Counted from the stretch's first letter, positions 1-8,801 are shown. The stretch is DNA of 64,000 nt from Minisyncoccota bacterium (GCA_041666225.1 JBAYHJ010000001.1:1881-65880), one strand, 5' to 3'. Notes: a model not told the origin generated them from the sequence alone. Made by a program: numbers and translations.

Positions 1-143
1 ATTAAGTCATCCATACTAAGAACATTAATGGATGAATCCCGCGCTGAGTTAATATAACTTTTAACCTCAGTTCCATTTCCTAGAAAGATAGGGTCCTGTT
101 TAACTATTTCGCTAAATTCCTTGATTTTTAAATTTGTTTTCAT
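1..143 (-). CDS. hypothetical protein, runs off the window (MKTNLKIKEFSE...)
   Basis: ATG at 143, frame open to the window edge; preceded by a TTGACA/TATAAT promoter and a long hairpin leader. Confidence 0.55.
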   Translation of the reverse strand, partial: MKTNLKIKEFSEIVKQDPIFLGNGTEVKSYINSARDSSINVLSMDDL

Positions 144-274
144 CTTTTTTGGTTTTATTGGTTTTCACAAAAGATAAACATTTATCTCCTCTGAAAACCA
201 ATAAAACCAAATATCAAAGGACTTAATTTCTGGTGGTATTATATCACACAAATAGCCATTTTGTCAACCCATAT

Positions 275-302
275 TAAAAACCCTTATTTCTAAGGGTTTT
301 TA
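275..302 (-). terminator. intrinsic terminator after rplE
   Basis: TAAAAACCCTTA-TTTC-TAAGGGTTTTTA inverted repeat. Confidence 0.7.
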
Positions 303-315
303 ATATTTTTAATTT

Positions 316-855
316 TTATTTCTTAAATGGTACACCGATAAGTTCAAAGAACTCTGTTGCTTCGGCTTTGGTTTTGGCTGTAGTCACAATTGTGACCGCT
401 AGACCAAAGACGTCTTTTAATTCTTCGTCACCTGTTTCGGGAAAGATTGTGTGCTCTTTAATACTCATTGTTAGATTTCCAATATTATCAACAATTTTCT
501 TATCAATACCGCGGAAATCTTTCGTTCGAGGAATAGCCACATTTATTAATTTATCTAAAAATCCATACATCCGTGCACCACGAAGTGTCACCATGACACC
601 AACTGGGTCCCCTAAACGAATCTTGAAAGAAGCAATTGATTTCTTTGCACTTTTTGTGGCAGGGCGTTGACCTGTAATCTTTGCAAGTCTTTCAAGCACA
701 AGTTTATTGTGATCTTTGTTTCTCTTTAGCCCTGAACCAGTACCACTTGCAATCACTACTTTCACCAAGCGAGGTGAAGCCATTACGTTTTTGTAGCCGT
801 ATTTACTCTTGAGTGCTGTATATGCTTTTTTTTCTTTTTGTTTAACTGTTTCCAT
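316..855 (-). CDS. rplE: 50S ribosomal protein L5
   Basis: ITGQRP...KSIASFKIR, FLDKLINVAIPRTKDFRG motifs; spc operon order. Confidence 0.97.
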   Translation of the reverse strand: METVKQKEKKAYTALKSKYGYKNVMASPRLVKVVIASGTGSGLKRNKDHNKLVLERLAKITGQRPATKSAKKSIASFKIRLGDPVGVMVTLRGARMYGFLDKLINVAIPRTKDFRGIDKKIVDNIGNLTMSIKEHTIFPETGDEELKDVFGLAVTIVTTAKTKAEATEFFELIGVPFKK

Positions 856-899
856 TGTATTTTAAATTCGTAATTCTTAATTCTTAATTCGTAATTACT
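856..899. repeat. 7-nt tandem repeat (AATTCGT/AATTCTT) spacer
   Basis: related runs at 1119-1160 and about 12184-12215. Confidence 0.7.
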
Positions 900-1118
900 T
901 TAGTCTCTTTTAGCAACATTTGATACGTGTATTGGCATTGCCATTTCTAAAATCTGACTGATATCGCCTTTCTTTTTAGCCTTGTGAGCTTTCTTTCTCA
1001 TGTTTACACCTTCAACAACCACTTTATTTTCGGCTGGCATAGCTCTTAGAACTTTACCTTTTTTGCCTTTGTTTGCTCCAGCGATAACTATTACATTGTC
1101 TCCTTTCTTAATCTTCAT
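900..1118 (-). CDS. rplX: 50S ribosomal protein L24 (short)
   Basis: KIKKGDNVIVIAG KOW motif, PIHVSNV. Confidence 0.95.
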   Translation of the reverse strand: MKIKKGDNVIVIAGANKGKKGKVLRAMPAENKVVVEGVNMRKKAHKAKKKGDISQILEMAMPIHVSNVAKRD

Positions 1119-1160
1119 AGTATTTTAATTCTTAATTCGTAATTATTAATTCGTAATTAC

Positions 1161-1532
1161 TTATATAACTTCTTGGGCTAATGAAATAATTTTCTGATAC
1201 CCACGCTCTGCAAGCTCTCTTGGGATAGGACCAAATACGCGACCTCCTTTTGGATCAAGTTTATCTTTTTCGAGAATAACTACAGCATTGTCATCGAAAC
1301 GAATATAAGAACCATCTTTTCGGCGATATGACTTCACTGTTCGAACAACAACCGCTTGACAGACATCCTTTTTCTTAATTCCTTTTCTTGGTTCTGCTAC
1401 TTTAACAGATAAGATAACTTTATCACCAATACCAGCATAACGACGACGAGATGATCCAAGCACCTTGAAAATCTTTCCGATCTTTCCTCCGGCGTTGTCT
1501 GTGATATTTACAATTGTTCCATCTTGAATCAT
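1161..1532 (-). CDS. rplN: 50S ribosomal protein L14
   Basis: RRKDGSYIRFDDNAVV, GRVFGPIPREL. Confidence 0.98.
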   Translation of the reverse strand: MIQDGTIVNITDNAGGKIGKIFKVLGSSRRRYAGIGDKVILSVKVAEPRKGIKKKDVCQAVVVRTVKSYRRKDGSYIRFDDNAVVILEKDKLDPKGGRVFGPIPRELAERGYQKIISLAQEVI

Positions 1533-1539
1533 ATAATTA

Positions 1540-1785
1540 TTATGCTATTACTTTAAAATGCTTATCTTTTGAAATAGGTTTTGTTTCTTCTATTTCGACA
1601 ACATCCCCTATCTTTTTAATATTCTCTTCATCATGTGCCTTGTATTTCTTTGTTTTCTTTATACGTTTACCATACTTTTTGTGTTCAACGAAGCGAGTAA
1701 CCTTAACAACAATAGTTTTATCCATTTTGTCTGAAGTAACTACTCCTTTTAAAATTTTATTTGTTTTTTTGATTTTTGTTTCCAT
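1540..1785 (-). CDS. rpsQ: 30S ribosomal protein S17
   Basis: [23 protein letters not shown]. Confidence 0.97.
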   Translation of the reverse strand: METKIKKTNKILKGVVTSDKMDKTIVVKVTRFVEHKKYGKRIKKTKKYKAHDEENIKKIGDVVEIEETKPISKDKHFKVIA

Positions 1786-1789
1786 AATG

Positions 1790-1871
1790 ATTAGTTAATC
1801 AAGTTATAAAGTTTTTAAAGTTGAAAGTAATTTCTTCTTTATAACTTTATGAACTTTTTACTTTATAACTT
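1790..1871. repeat. about 80-bp imperfect palindromic intergenic repeat, copy 1
   Basis: near-identical to 3430-3511; related copy at about 10860-10951. Confidence 0.85.
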
Positions 1872-1873
1872 CG

Positions 1874-2290
1874 TTATCTAGCAACTACGCGAGTAGTAAC
1901 TGGTAATTTTGTTCCTGCTTTACGAAGAGCTTCTTTGGCTGTCGCTTCAGGAACACCATCAACTTCAAATATTATTCGGCCTGGGCGAACATCTAGACAG
2001 TATCCTTGTGGATCTCCTTTACCTTTTCCCATTCCTACTTCAGCTGGCTTTGCTGTAAAAGGTCGGTCAGGAAAAATTCTAATCCACATTCTACCAGTCT
2101 TTCCAAGTGTTCTTGAAGTAACCTTACGTGCTGATTCTATCTGATTTGCGCGGACACGTCCACCACTTGTGGCTTTGAGGCCATATGATCCAAAAGCCAC
2201 TGTAATACCTCGAGTATCAGGAGTAACCTTAGTCATATCAGTACGACCTGTTTGCCATTTTCTAAATTTTACTTTCTTTGGTGTTAACAT
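1874..2290 (-). CDS. rplP: 50S ribosomal protein L16
   Basis: WIRIFPDRP, MGKGKG. Confidence 0.98.
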   Translation of the reverse strand: MLTPKKVKFRKWQTGRTDMTKVTPDTRGITVAFGSYGLKATSGGRVRANQIESARKVTSRTLGKTGRMWIRIFPDRPFTAKPAEVGMGKGKGDPQGYCLDVRPGRIIFEVDGVPEATAKEALRKAGTKLPVTTRVVAR

Positions 2291-2298
2291 AAAATATT

Positions 2299-2991
2299 TT
2301 AATTACTTTTATCATTTCTACTTGTTGAAGTAGCAGTAGGAGCAGAAAAGACTTCTCCACGATATATCCAAACTTTAATACCAATATCTCCATAACTCAT
2401 ATGAGCCTTTTCACGAGCAAAATCAACATCAGCGCGGAATGTTTGAAGTGGAATTGAACCACGTTTGATTTGTTCACTTCGAGCAATTTCGGCTCCACCC
2501 AAACGGCCTCCCAAGTAAATACGCGCTCCTTTTACTCCTCGAGCTGACATTACTTTTTCAATAGCTTGTTTGATAACACGACGATATGGTAGACGTTTTT
2601 CAAGACCTTCGGCAATAGAGCAAGCCACAATAGCTGCATCAGCATCTGGATTTGTAACTTCAAGAATATCAAATTTAAAATCTTCAGGAATTGCAATACC
2701 TTTTCGATTTAGGGTGTTTACCATCTCAGTCTTTAGTTTACTAACACCTTCACCTGAACGGCCAATAATCATACCTGGACGAGAAGTATAAACCATTATT
2801 CGTGTAGCTTTTACACTTCTTTCAATTTCAATACGAGAAATATAAAAACCTCGTAGTTTCTTTGTTAAAAATTCACGAATAACTACATCACTTTGTAAAA
2901 GAGTTTTGTATTTTTTATCAGCAAACCAGCGTGATTTCCAATCGCGGAGGGTTACTAGTCTATGAGCATATGGGTGAACTACTTTTGACAT
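2299..2991 (-). CDS. rpsC: 30S ribosomal protein S3
   Basis: SRPGMIIGRSG KH domain, GRLGGAEIARSE. Confidence 0.98.
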   Translation of the reverse strand: MSKVVHPYAHRLVTLRDWKSRWFADKKYKTLLQSDVVIREFLTKKLRGFYISRIEIERSVKATRIMVYTSRPGMIIGRSGEGVSKLKTEMVNTLNRKGIAIPEDFKFDILEVTNPDADAAIVACSIAEGLEKRLPYRRVIKQAIEKVMSARGVKGARIYLGGRLGGAEIARSEQIKRGSIPLQTFRADVDFAREKAHMSYGDIGIKVWIYRGEVFSAPTATSTSRNDKSN

Positions 2992-2997
2992 AAATAA

Positions 2998-3429
2998 TTA
3001 AGCTTTTGTTTCTTTAGTTTTTTCCGACTTTTTAACTTTTGATTTAATTGCTTTTTTTTCTACTTTTTCAGCCTTTTTAACAGTTTTTACTTTTTTAGCT
3101 TCAACTCCTTTTTCTATAAGAGTAAGCATGACATGACTTGTACGCTTATTTATACGAGATGCCGATCCACGAGCACGAGGCATACTACGCTTTAAAACGA
3201 TACCCTTATTTACTGTTACATTTTCAACATATAGGCCTTCCACTGCAATACCAGCTTGTTTTGCGTTTGCAATAGCTGAAGCGAGAAGTGTCTGGACTGG
3301 GCCAGAGGCTCTCTTTGGTAATGTATCAAGAATTAGAATTGCATCAGCAACCCTTTTGCTTTTGATTAGTTCCGCTACAAGGCGAACCTTGCGGGGGGAC
3401 TGTCTGTAGTTTTTAAGAAATGCTTTCAT
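2998..3429 (-). CDS. rplV: 50S ribosomal protein L22 with Lys-rich tail
   Basis: SPRKVRLVA, PRARGSA, KRTSHV. Confidence 0.97.
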   Translation of the reverse strand: MKAFLKNYRQSPRKVRLVAELIKSKRVADAILILDTLPKRASGPVQTLLASAIANAKQAGIAVEGLYVENVTVNKGIVLKRSMPRARGSASRINKRTSHVMLTLIEKGVEAKKVKTVKKAEKVEKKAIKSKVKKSEKTKETKA

Positions 3430-3511
3430 GATTTAGTTTATCAAGTTGTAAAGTTTTTAAAGTTGAAAGTAAATTCTTCTTTATAACTTTATGAACTTTC
3501 TACTTTATAAC
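3430..3511. repeat. about 80-bp imperfect palindromic intergenic repeat, copy 2
   Basis: near-identical to 1790-1871. Confidence 0.85.
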
Positions 3512-3856
3512 TTACTTCTTCTTGGAATCAACTGCGGCCTTGGCTGATTTTGATGCGGTAATTTCGGCTTCTTTCTTCTTCATTTCTAATTCTTTCTGCA
3601 TCTTACCTCCGTGTCGGACAAATTTTCGTGTAAGTGAGAATTCTCCAAGTCTGTGTCCTACCATATCTTCACTTACTAGTACTTCTACGTGGGTCTTTCC
3701 GTTGTGAACACCAAAGACAAATCCAACCATTTCTGGGGAGATTTGACAGGCTCTTGCCCAAGTCTTAATCATCCCTGTTTCAATAGGTTTTTTACCGGCA
3801 ATCTTTTTTAATAGCCTTTCATCAACGTATGGACCTTTTTTAAGTGATCGTGTCAT
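3512..3856 (-). CDS. rpsS: 30S ribosomal protein S19
   Basis: [20 protein letters not shown]. Confidence 0.98.
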   Translation of the reverse strand: MTRSLKKGPYVDERLLKKIAGKKPIETGMIKTWARACQISPEMVGFVFGVHNGKTHVEVLVSEDMVGHRLGEFSLTRKFVRHGGKMQKELEMKKKEAEITASKSAKAAVDSKKK

Positions 3857-3898
3857 ATTGTATAAATATAAATAAGCTCTTTTGAGCTCGTGGAATTC

Positions 3899-3927
3899 AT
3901 GTTAACAAATATAAGATAGAGAGTCAA
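3899..3927 (-). promoter_or_regulatory. sigma70-type internal promoter for rpsS-rplE
   Basis: TTGACT-17 bp-TAACAT on the minus strand upstream of rpsS. Confidence 0.6.
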
Positions 3928-3931
3928 GTGT

Positions 3932-4342
3932 TTACAAAAACACTACTATTTTCGGCAAAAAGATTATTATCCCTATAACACCAGCCACTATTACAGATAT
4001 TAGAACTGCTCCTGCAGCTACGTCTTTTGTGTCTTTTGCATAGGGGTGAAAAGTAGGAGAAGTTAAGTCAATATCAATCTCAAAAGCGGTATTTAGTGCT
4101 TCAGCAATAATGACTAGACCTATCGAGAAAATTATCATTACCCATTCAATATTTGATATTTTCAAAATAAAACCTAAATAAATAGCCAATATCGCAAAAA
4201 ATATATGAGCCCAGGAGTTGTGAGTAGACCGAATAAAAATACCCAATCCTCGCCATGCATTTCTTGTGCTTTTCAATCTAGCCACAATTGAAAATCTTTT
4301 CTTCTCTGATATTTTTTTATCCATTTTCCTATTATACATCAA
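3932..4342 (-). CDS. dgkA: diacylglycerol/undecaprenol kinase family protein
   Basis: AEALNTAFE, KDVAAGAVL motifs; three hydrophobic segments. Confidence 0.88.
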   Translation of the reverse strand: MMYNRKMDKKISEKKRFSIVARLKSTRNAWRGLGIFIRSTHNSWAHIFFAILAIYLGFILKISNIEWVMIIFSIGLVIIAEALNTAFEIDIDLTSPTFHPYAKDTKDVAAGAVLISVIVAGVIGIIIFLPKIVVFL

Positions 4343-4384
4343 AAAAGCCCCAACCGTAGTCGGGGTATTGATATTTTAATGGGA

Positions 4385-5131
4385 TTAAGTTATTCTTTTT
4401 TTTCTAGCTGGTGTAAGACGATTAACTGTCCACACGATTAAACTTGCTATAATAATTCCAGCCGATCCGAAATAAAAAAAGAAAATGGAGGAAGGGATTA
4501 TTAAATAAAAGAACACAAACAACAAAGCAATAATCATTCCCCCTGATATTCGCCGGGCAATTTTCTCTATGTCGTCAAAAGAAAGAATTAAACAAGCATT
4601 TACAATTGGAATAGCAAGTATTATCCAACAAAATGTCACCAATGTTATATTTTCTTTTGGCGATCCAAAATATAACCACACTAATTCTATTACAGACAAT
4701 ACAATTAACATCGCTGCCAAAACAAGACTCCGCGTTGAATTGTTTTTAACAACAAACCCCCAATAAAGAAATATAATAAACAACACTACCCCAGCCATTG
4801 ATGAATCTCCCATTGAAGAAGAAATATCCTTAGCGAACTGAGTACTTACTGGTACATTTTTGTGAAGTTTTTCATTGTATAACAGCCCGGCGCCTTGTAC
4901 AGAATCTATCTTTAAATTGCCTTTATAATGAATAGATTCTTTGTGGAATAAAATGGTAAGCCCATTTTTGTAAGCTAGATCATTCTGTTCCGGAGTTGCG
5001 TCTTTGTAGGCAACTGAATCTGGAGTAATCGATTTATAACTCGATCCCTCCGATGAGGAAGACGTATTGTTTTTGAAGTATAAAAATACTCCCAAAGACA
5101 ATATCAGGGTAATTAAAAAAAGATTTTTCAT
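4385..5131 (-). CDS. hypothetical multi-pass membrane protein
   Basis: 248-aa ORF with an N-terminal hydrophobic segment and about 5 C-terminal TM segments. Confidence 0.7.
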   Translation of the reverse strand: MKNLFLITLILSLGVFLYFKNNTSSSSEGSSYKSITPDSVAYKDATPEQNDLAYKNGLTILFHKESIHYKGNLKIDSVQGAGLLYNEKLHKNVPVSTQFAKDISSSMGDSSMAGVVLFIIFLYWGFVVKNNSTRSLVLAAMLIVLSVIELVWLYFGSPKENITLVTFCWIILAIPIVNACLILSFDDIEKIARRISGGMIIALLFVFFYLIIPSSIFFFYFGSAGIIIASLIVWTVNRLTPARKKRIT

Positions 5132-5436
5132 GGTTTATTTTTTTAAAATGTTTGCCTTTAGATTACTCCTCATAAAACTTTTGTCAACCACATGATTTTG
5201 ATATATAATGAATTTAAATATTCTTTAAAAATTGTTTTTCTGTCAGACCGCACAAGGTTGAATCAGGTAAAAACTCTAACCAGAGCTTCGTGTCTTTGAC
5301 ACTTAAAGCTATCCTACTAACTGAATCCAAATTTTTTGGTTTCATAACACTTATCAAAGTATTGTCTTAATACTTTTGCTTAAACTAAAAACTTGTATAA
5401 GTATGAATGAAAAACTAAAAAGACAAAAAAGGGAAA

Positions 5437-5781
5437 TTGCACGGCTTCAAAAATAGAGCAGGTTGGAACGATGAACATCATATTAAAACACCTTGTTCAA
5501 GAGGTGGTGAAACAATCGATTCAAATTTACTTTTAATTGATGTCTACCGTCACGATGCGTGGCATTTACTTTTTAGTAATCAAACATTGCGCGAAATAAT
5601 TGCACACCTAAAAAACTACTGTAGCACTAAAGATTTTTTGCTTTCAGTTAACAATTACTATAAGCACCCTGCTTTTCGTTTACTATTTGGGAGTAAACCA
5701 CTAAACGAAATAATAGCATTACTACTAAGAATACAACATGCAAAAGATTCGCAACGAATTAGAATAAAACTAGCTGCATAA
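5437..5781 (+). CDS. small HNH-like nuclease-fold protein (start uncertain, possible frameshift)
   Basis: HHIKTPCSRGG..SNLLL...HDAWH resembles an HNH motif. Confidence 0.55.
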   Translation: MHGFKNRAGWNDEHHIKTPCSRGGETIDSNLLLIDVYRHDAWHLLFSNQTLREIIAHLKNYCSTKDFLLSVNNYYKHPAFRLLFGSKPLNEIIALLLRIQHAKDSQRIRIKLAA

Positions 5782-5819
5782 AATTAAAAGTCGTTCTGGA
5801 AACAGAACGACTTTTTAGT

Positions 5820-6548
5820 TTACCGAAGCCTTGCTTCGGTAGGTTCTATTTCTTCTATCTCTAACCATTCAAATATTTCTTTCTTGAAAATATTTGGGTC
5901 CTCAAAATAATCAGGGAATTTCTCTTTATTTAAAATCAAATTTTCTGGTCTTTTAGATAAAAGATAATCATTATAACTACTCCATTTGTATGAATTAAGA
6001 AAATTAATAGCTTCTGTTTTATTATTTATCCCTACTTCCTTCCAGTCAGATTGAATCAATTTAATAGGATTTAAGTGTATATATGAAAATAAATATTTTG
6101 CTTGTATTTCATCTTCAATATGAATAGATTTAAATTTACCTTCAAATAAAGACCCTGTTCTGTTATGTTTTTTATTAAAATATTTTGCATATGCGGTACA
6201 GAGTTTTCCCATAAATTCAGTTATATTATTCCTCTCTTCATCTTTCCCATTAGACCTACCGAAGCCTTGCTTCGGTAAAGCTATTAAATACAAGTGGAAA
6301 TGGTTGGGCATCAGTACCCATGCACCAATAGCTACTAACTGGTCCCCCCTTTCAAAATCCCAAGCACTTATTTTGGGTTGAATGATATCATCTTTAAAAT
6401 TAATTCCTTTGGTTGAATTACAAAGAAATAAAAGCTTGATAAAGCGATCTCTATCTTCATCATCAAGAAAGATTATTTGTTTATTGTTTCCTCTATTGTA
6501 AATATGATAATATTCACCATCCACAAGTGGAACTTTTCTTAAAGACAT
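5820..6548 (-). mobile_element. REP-associated tyrosine (HUH/Y1) transposase, RAYT-1
   Basis: YYHIYNRG, LMPNHFHL (HUH), YFNKKHNRTGSLFEGKFKS, YIHLNP, YKWSSY. Confidence 0.92.
5821..5841. repeat. REP-like palindrome family 1 (ACCGAAGC-CTT/AAG-GCTTCGGT)
   Basis: copies at 5821-5841, 6257-6277, 6573-6592 and 24613-24631. Confidence 0.9.
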
Positions 6549-6732
6549 ATATTACATTATACTACAAAGGTTTACCGAAGCAAGGCTTCGGTGGATATCT
6601 CGTTTCCCATGATTTTTTATTAAGTTAATTTTAATACCTTAATAATACCCCCCCCCGAAAAATGAAGTCAGCACATCAAAAAATACCCTTGCGGGTATTT
6701 TTTGATGATAGATTTTATATTTTTTTCTAAAA

Positions 6733-6885
6733 TTATTTTGCTTTTCCAACTTTTCGGCGGGAGACAATCCACATGTTTGAGTATTTCTTTGGTGTTCTTG
6801 TCTTCTGTCCTTTTCCTGTTGGTTTACCCCACATACTTTTGGCTCGGCGTAGTCCGCGTCCTTGGCGTCCTTCACCTCCGCCGTG
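6733..6885 (-). pseudogene. rplB: duplicated 3' end of rplB (last 50 codons plus stop)
   Basis: identical to 7985-8103 over 6761-6879; terminal codons synonymous; same HGGG...RRKVGKAK* peptide; followed by a homologous terminator. Confidence 0.93.
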
Positions 6886-7016
6886 GAAACTCGCAATAAC
6901 GGTTCATTAGAATTCCTTAATATATTATGAGATAAAACAAGCAAAAACGGTTATTTTAGAAAGATTACAAACAAAAAGCAACCACCTTAATCACAGTTAC
7001 ACTAAGATTATATTAA

Positions 7017-7709
7017 TTAATATTTATGTTTATTTTTTTTATTGGCAAGATCACCACGTAAATTTTCTATTAAATAAGTTGATTTGCCTGATTTTTCATT
7101 ATTTTTTTCGTATTTTATTGCTAATTTATCAAACATCTCTTCATTTTCGTCATCTACTGCTTTATAAAGTGCCCTGGAAATATATTTGTCTTCTAAGTGT
7201 AAATGAGCATTTTCAAGAGACCATGTTCTTTCAATTAAATTTTTACCAACAGCTTCATCGAGAATATTTTTTACTTTCCTTTCATCAAATTTTATACCAA
7301 GTTCAATTGCCCTTTCTGCCCAGCAATATAAATTAAACGGTGTTTTATAATCATGTCCCTCCTTTTCTTTTTTATAGAGTTCAATAAAATCATTAATATA
7401 TCCCAATATTTCAATAGGATCATTTACTCTATATTCTTTTGATTCTTTTATTACTTCTAGTAAAAAAGCGTCAACGTCCTCACTTTTTAACTGACCTACT
7501 TTTTCTTGAGTTCCATCTTTAATAATCTTACTTTTTTCATTAAATTCTCTATTTTCTATCTCTGCCTCATCTCGAACATTTTCAGATTCTTGAGCAAGAT
7601 TATTAAGCTCAAAATAAGCCTCCCTTGCATCTTTCCCCCCCGCCTCAATTTTTTCTTGAGTAGCTATTGTTCTTTTATTTAAATCCTCTGCATTAGTAAA
7701 ATTTTCCAT
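7017..7709 (-). CDS. orphan Glu/Lys-rich hypothetical protein (likely start MENFTNAED)
   Basis: open frame; own TTGACA/poly-G/TACTAT promoter at 7748-7777. Confidence 0.7.
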   Translation of the reverse strand: MENFTNAEDLNKRTIATQEKIEAGGKDAREAYFELNNLAQESENVRDEAEIENREFNEKSKIIKDGTQEKVGQLKSEDVDAFLLEVIKESKEYRVNDPIEILGYINDFIELYKKEKEGHDYKTPFNLYCWAERAIELGIKFDERKVKNILDEAVGKNLIERTWSLENAHLHLEDKYISRALYKAVDDENEEMFDKLAIKYEKNNEKSGKSTYLIENLRGDLANKKNKHKY

Positions 7710-7821
7710 ATAAATATTCAAAAATATTATTAATAATATACACATCTATAGTACCCCCCCCAGACATACATTGTCAATAAAGATAAAAATATAAAAAACT
7801 ATCAAACCAACTTTTTTAAAA

Positions 7822-7853
7822 AACAAAAAATACCCTTTCGGGTATTTTTTGTT
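7822..7853 (-). terminator. terminator after rplB (second copy at about 6677-6704)
   Basis: AAAAAATACCC-TTTC/TTGC-GGGTATTTTTT. Confidence 0.75.
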
Positions 7854-7956
7854 GATAGAGTTTTTTATTTTTAAGGCTATTTTGCTTTTCCCTGCCCGCC
7901 CTCGTGTACTCGGGAGCAGGCGGGCAACTTTTCGTTCTATTTGATATGACTAAATA

Positions 7957-8799
7957 TTATTTAGCCTTACCTACCTTCCTTCGAGAGACAATCCACATGT
8001 TTGAGTATTTCTTTGGTGTTCTTGTCTTCTGTCCTTTTCCTGTTGGTTTACCCCACATACTTTTGGCTCGGCGTAGTCCGCGTCCTTGGCGTCCTTCACC
8101 TCCACCGTGTGGATGGTCAACTGGGTTCATGGCTGTACCACGAACTGTTGGGCGAATTCCTTTCCATCGTGAACGTCCTGCTTTTCCAAAGTTTTGAAGT
8201 TTGTATTCACTGTTTGAAACTTCACCAATACATGCCCAGGCATTTTCTGAAACTTTTCGAACTTCAGTTGATGGCATTTTGATATTTGTATACCCAAGGT
8301 CATTGGCAACAACTTGTCCAAATGTACCTGCGGAACGAGCCAATTTTGCTCCATTACCAGCTTTAATCTCTACGTTATACACAAATGTTCCAACTGGAAT
8401 TATTTTAAGAGGTAAACGATTTCCAACTGCAAGTGGAGCTGTTTCGGAAACTATAAATTTATCTCCAACTTTCATTGATTTAGGTACAACCACGTATCTT
8501 TTTTCTCCGTCAGCGTAGCAAGCTAAACTGATGAAGGCATTACGATTTGGATCATATTCTATTGAAGTTATTTTGGCAGGAATATCGTGCTTGTTGTACA
8601 TGAAATCGATTTCACGATAAAGACGCTTATGTCCACCCCCTTTATGGCGAGTAGTGATACGTCCCTGATTATTTCTTCCAACAGATCTCTTAAAACCTTT
8701 TGTTAAAGATTTTTCTGGAGTACTTGTCGTCAACACATTACGGTATGTTACCGTAGTTTGGTGACGCTTTGATGGAGTTGTAGGTCTATATGTTTTCAT
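7957..8799 (-). CDS. rplB: 50S ribosomal protein L2
   Basis: GRNNQGRIT, IEYDPNR, MNPVDHPHGGGEG. Confidence 0.99.
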   Translation of the reverse strand: MKTYRPTTPSKRHQTTVTYRNVLTTSTPEKSLTKGFKRSVGRNNQGRITTRHKGGGHKRLYREIDFMYNKHDIPAKITSIEYDPNRNAFISLACYADGEKRYVVVPKSMKVGDKFIVSETAPLAVGNRLPLKIIPVGTFVYNVEIKAGNGAKLARSAGTFGQVVANDLGYTNIKMPSTEVRKVSENAWACIGEVSNSEYKLQNFGKAGRSRWKGIRPTVRGTAMNPVDHPHGGGEGRQGRGLRRAKSMWGKPTGKGQKTRTPKKYSNMWIVSRRKVGKAK

Positions 8800-8801
8800 A
8801 A

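Noticed and set aside
6639-6944. ORFs 6639-6944 (-) and 6702-6899 (+)
   Set aside because: Alternative frames over the rplB duplicate and its terminator.
6733-8109. DGR template/variable repeat pair
   Set aside because: Differences are synonymous and not adenine-specific; no reverse transcriptase in the window.
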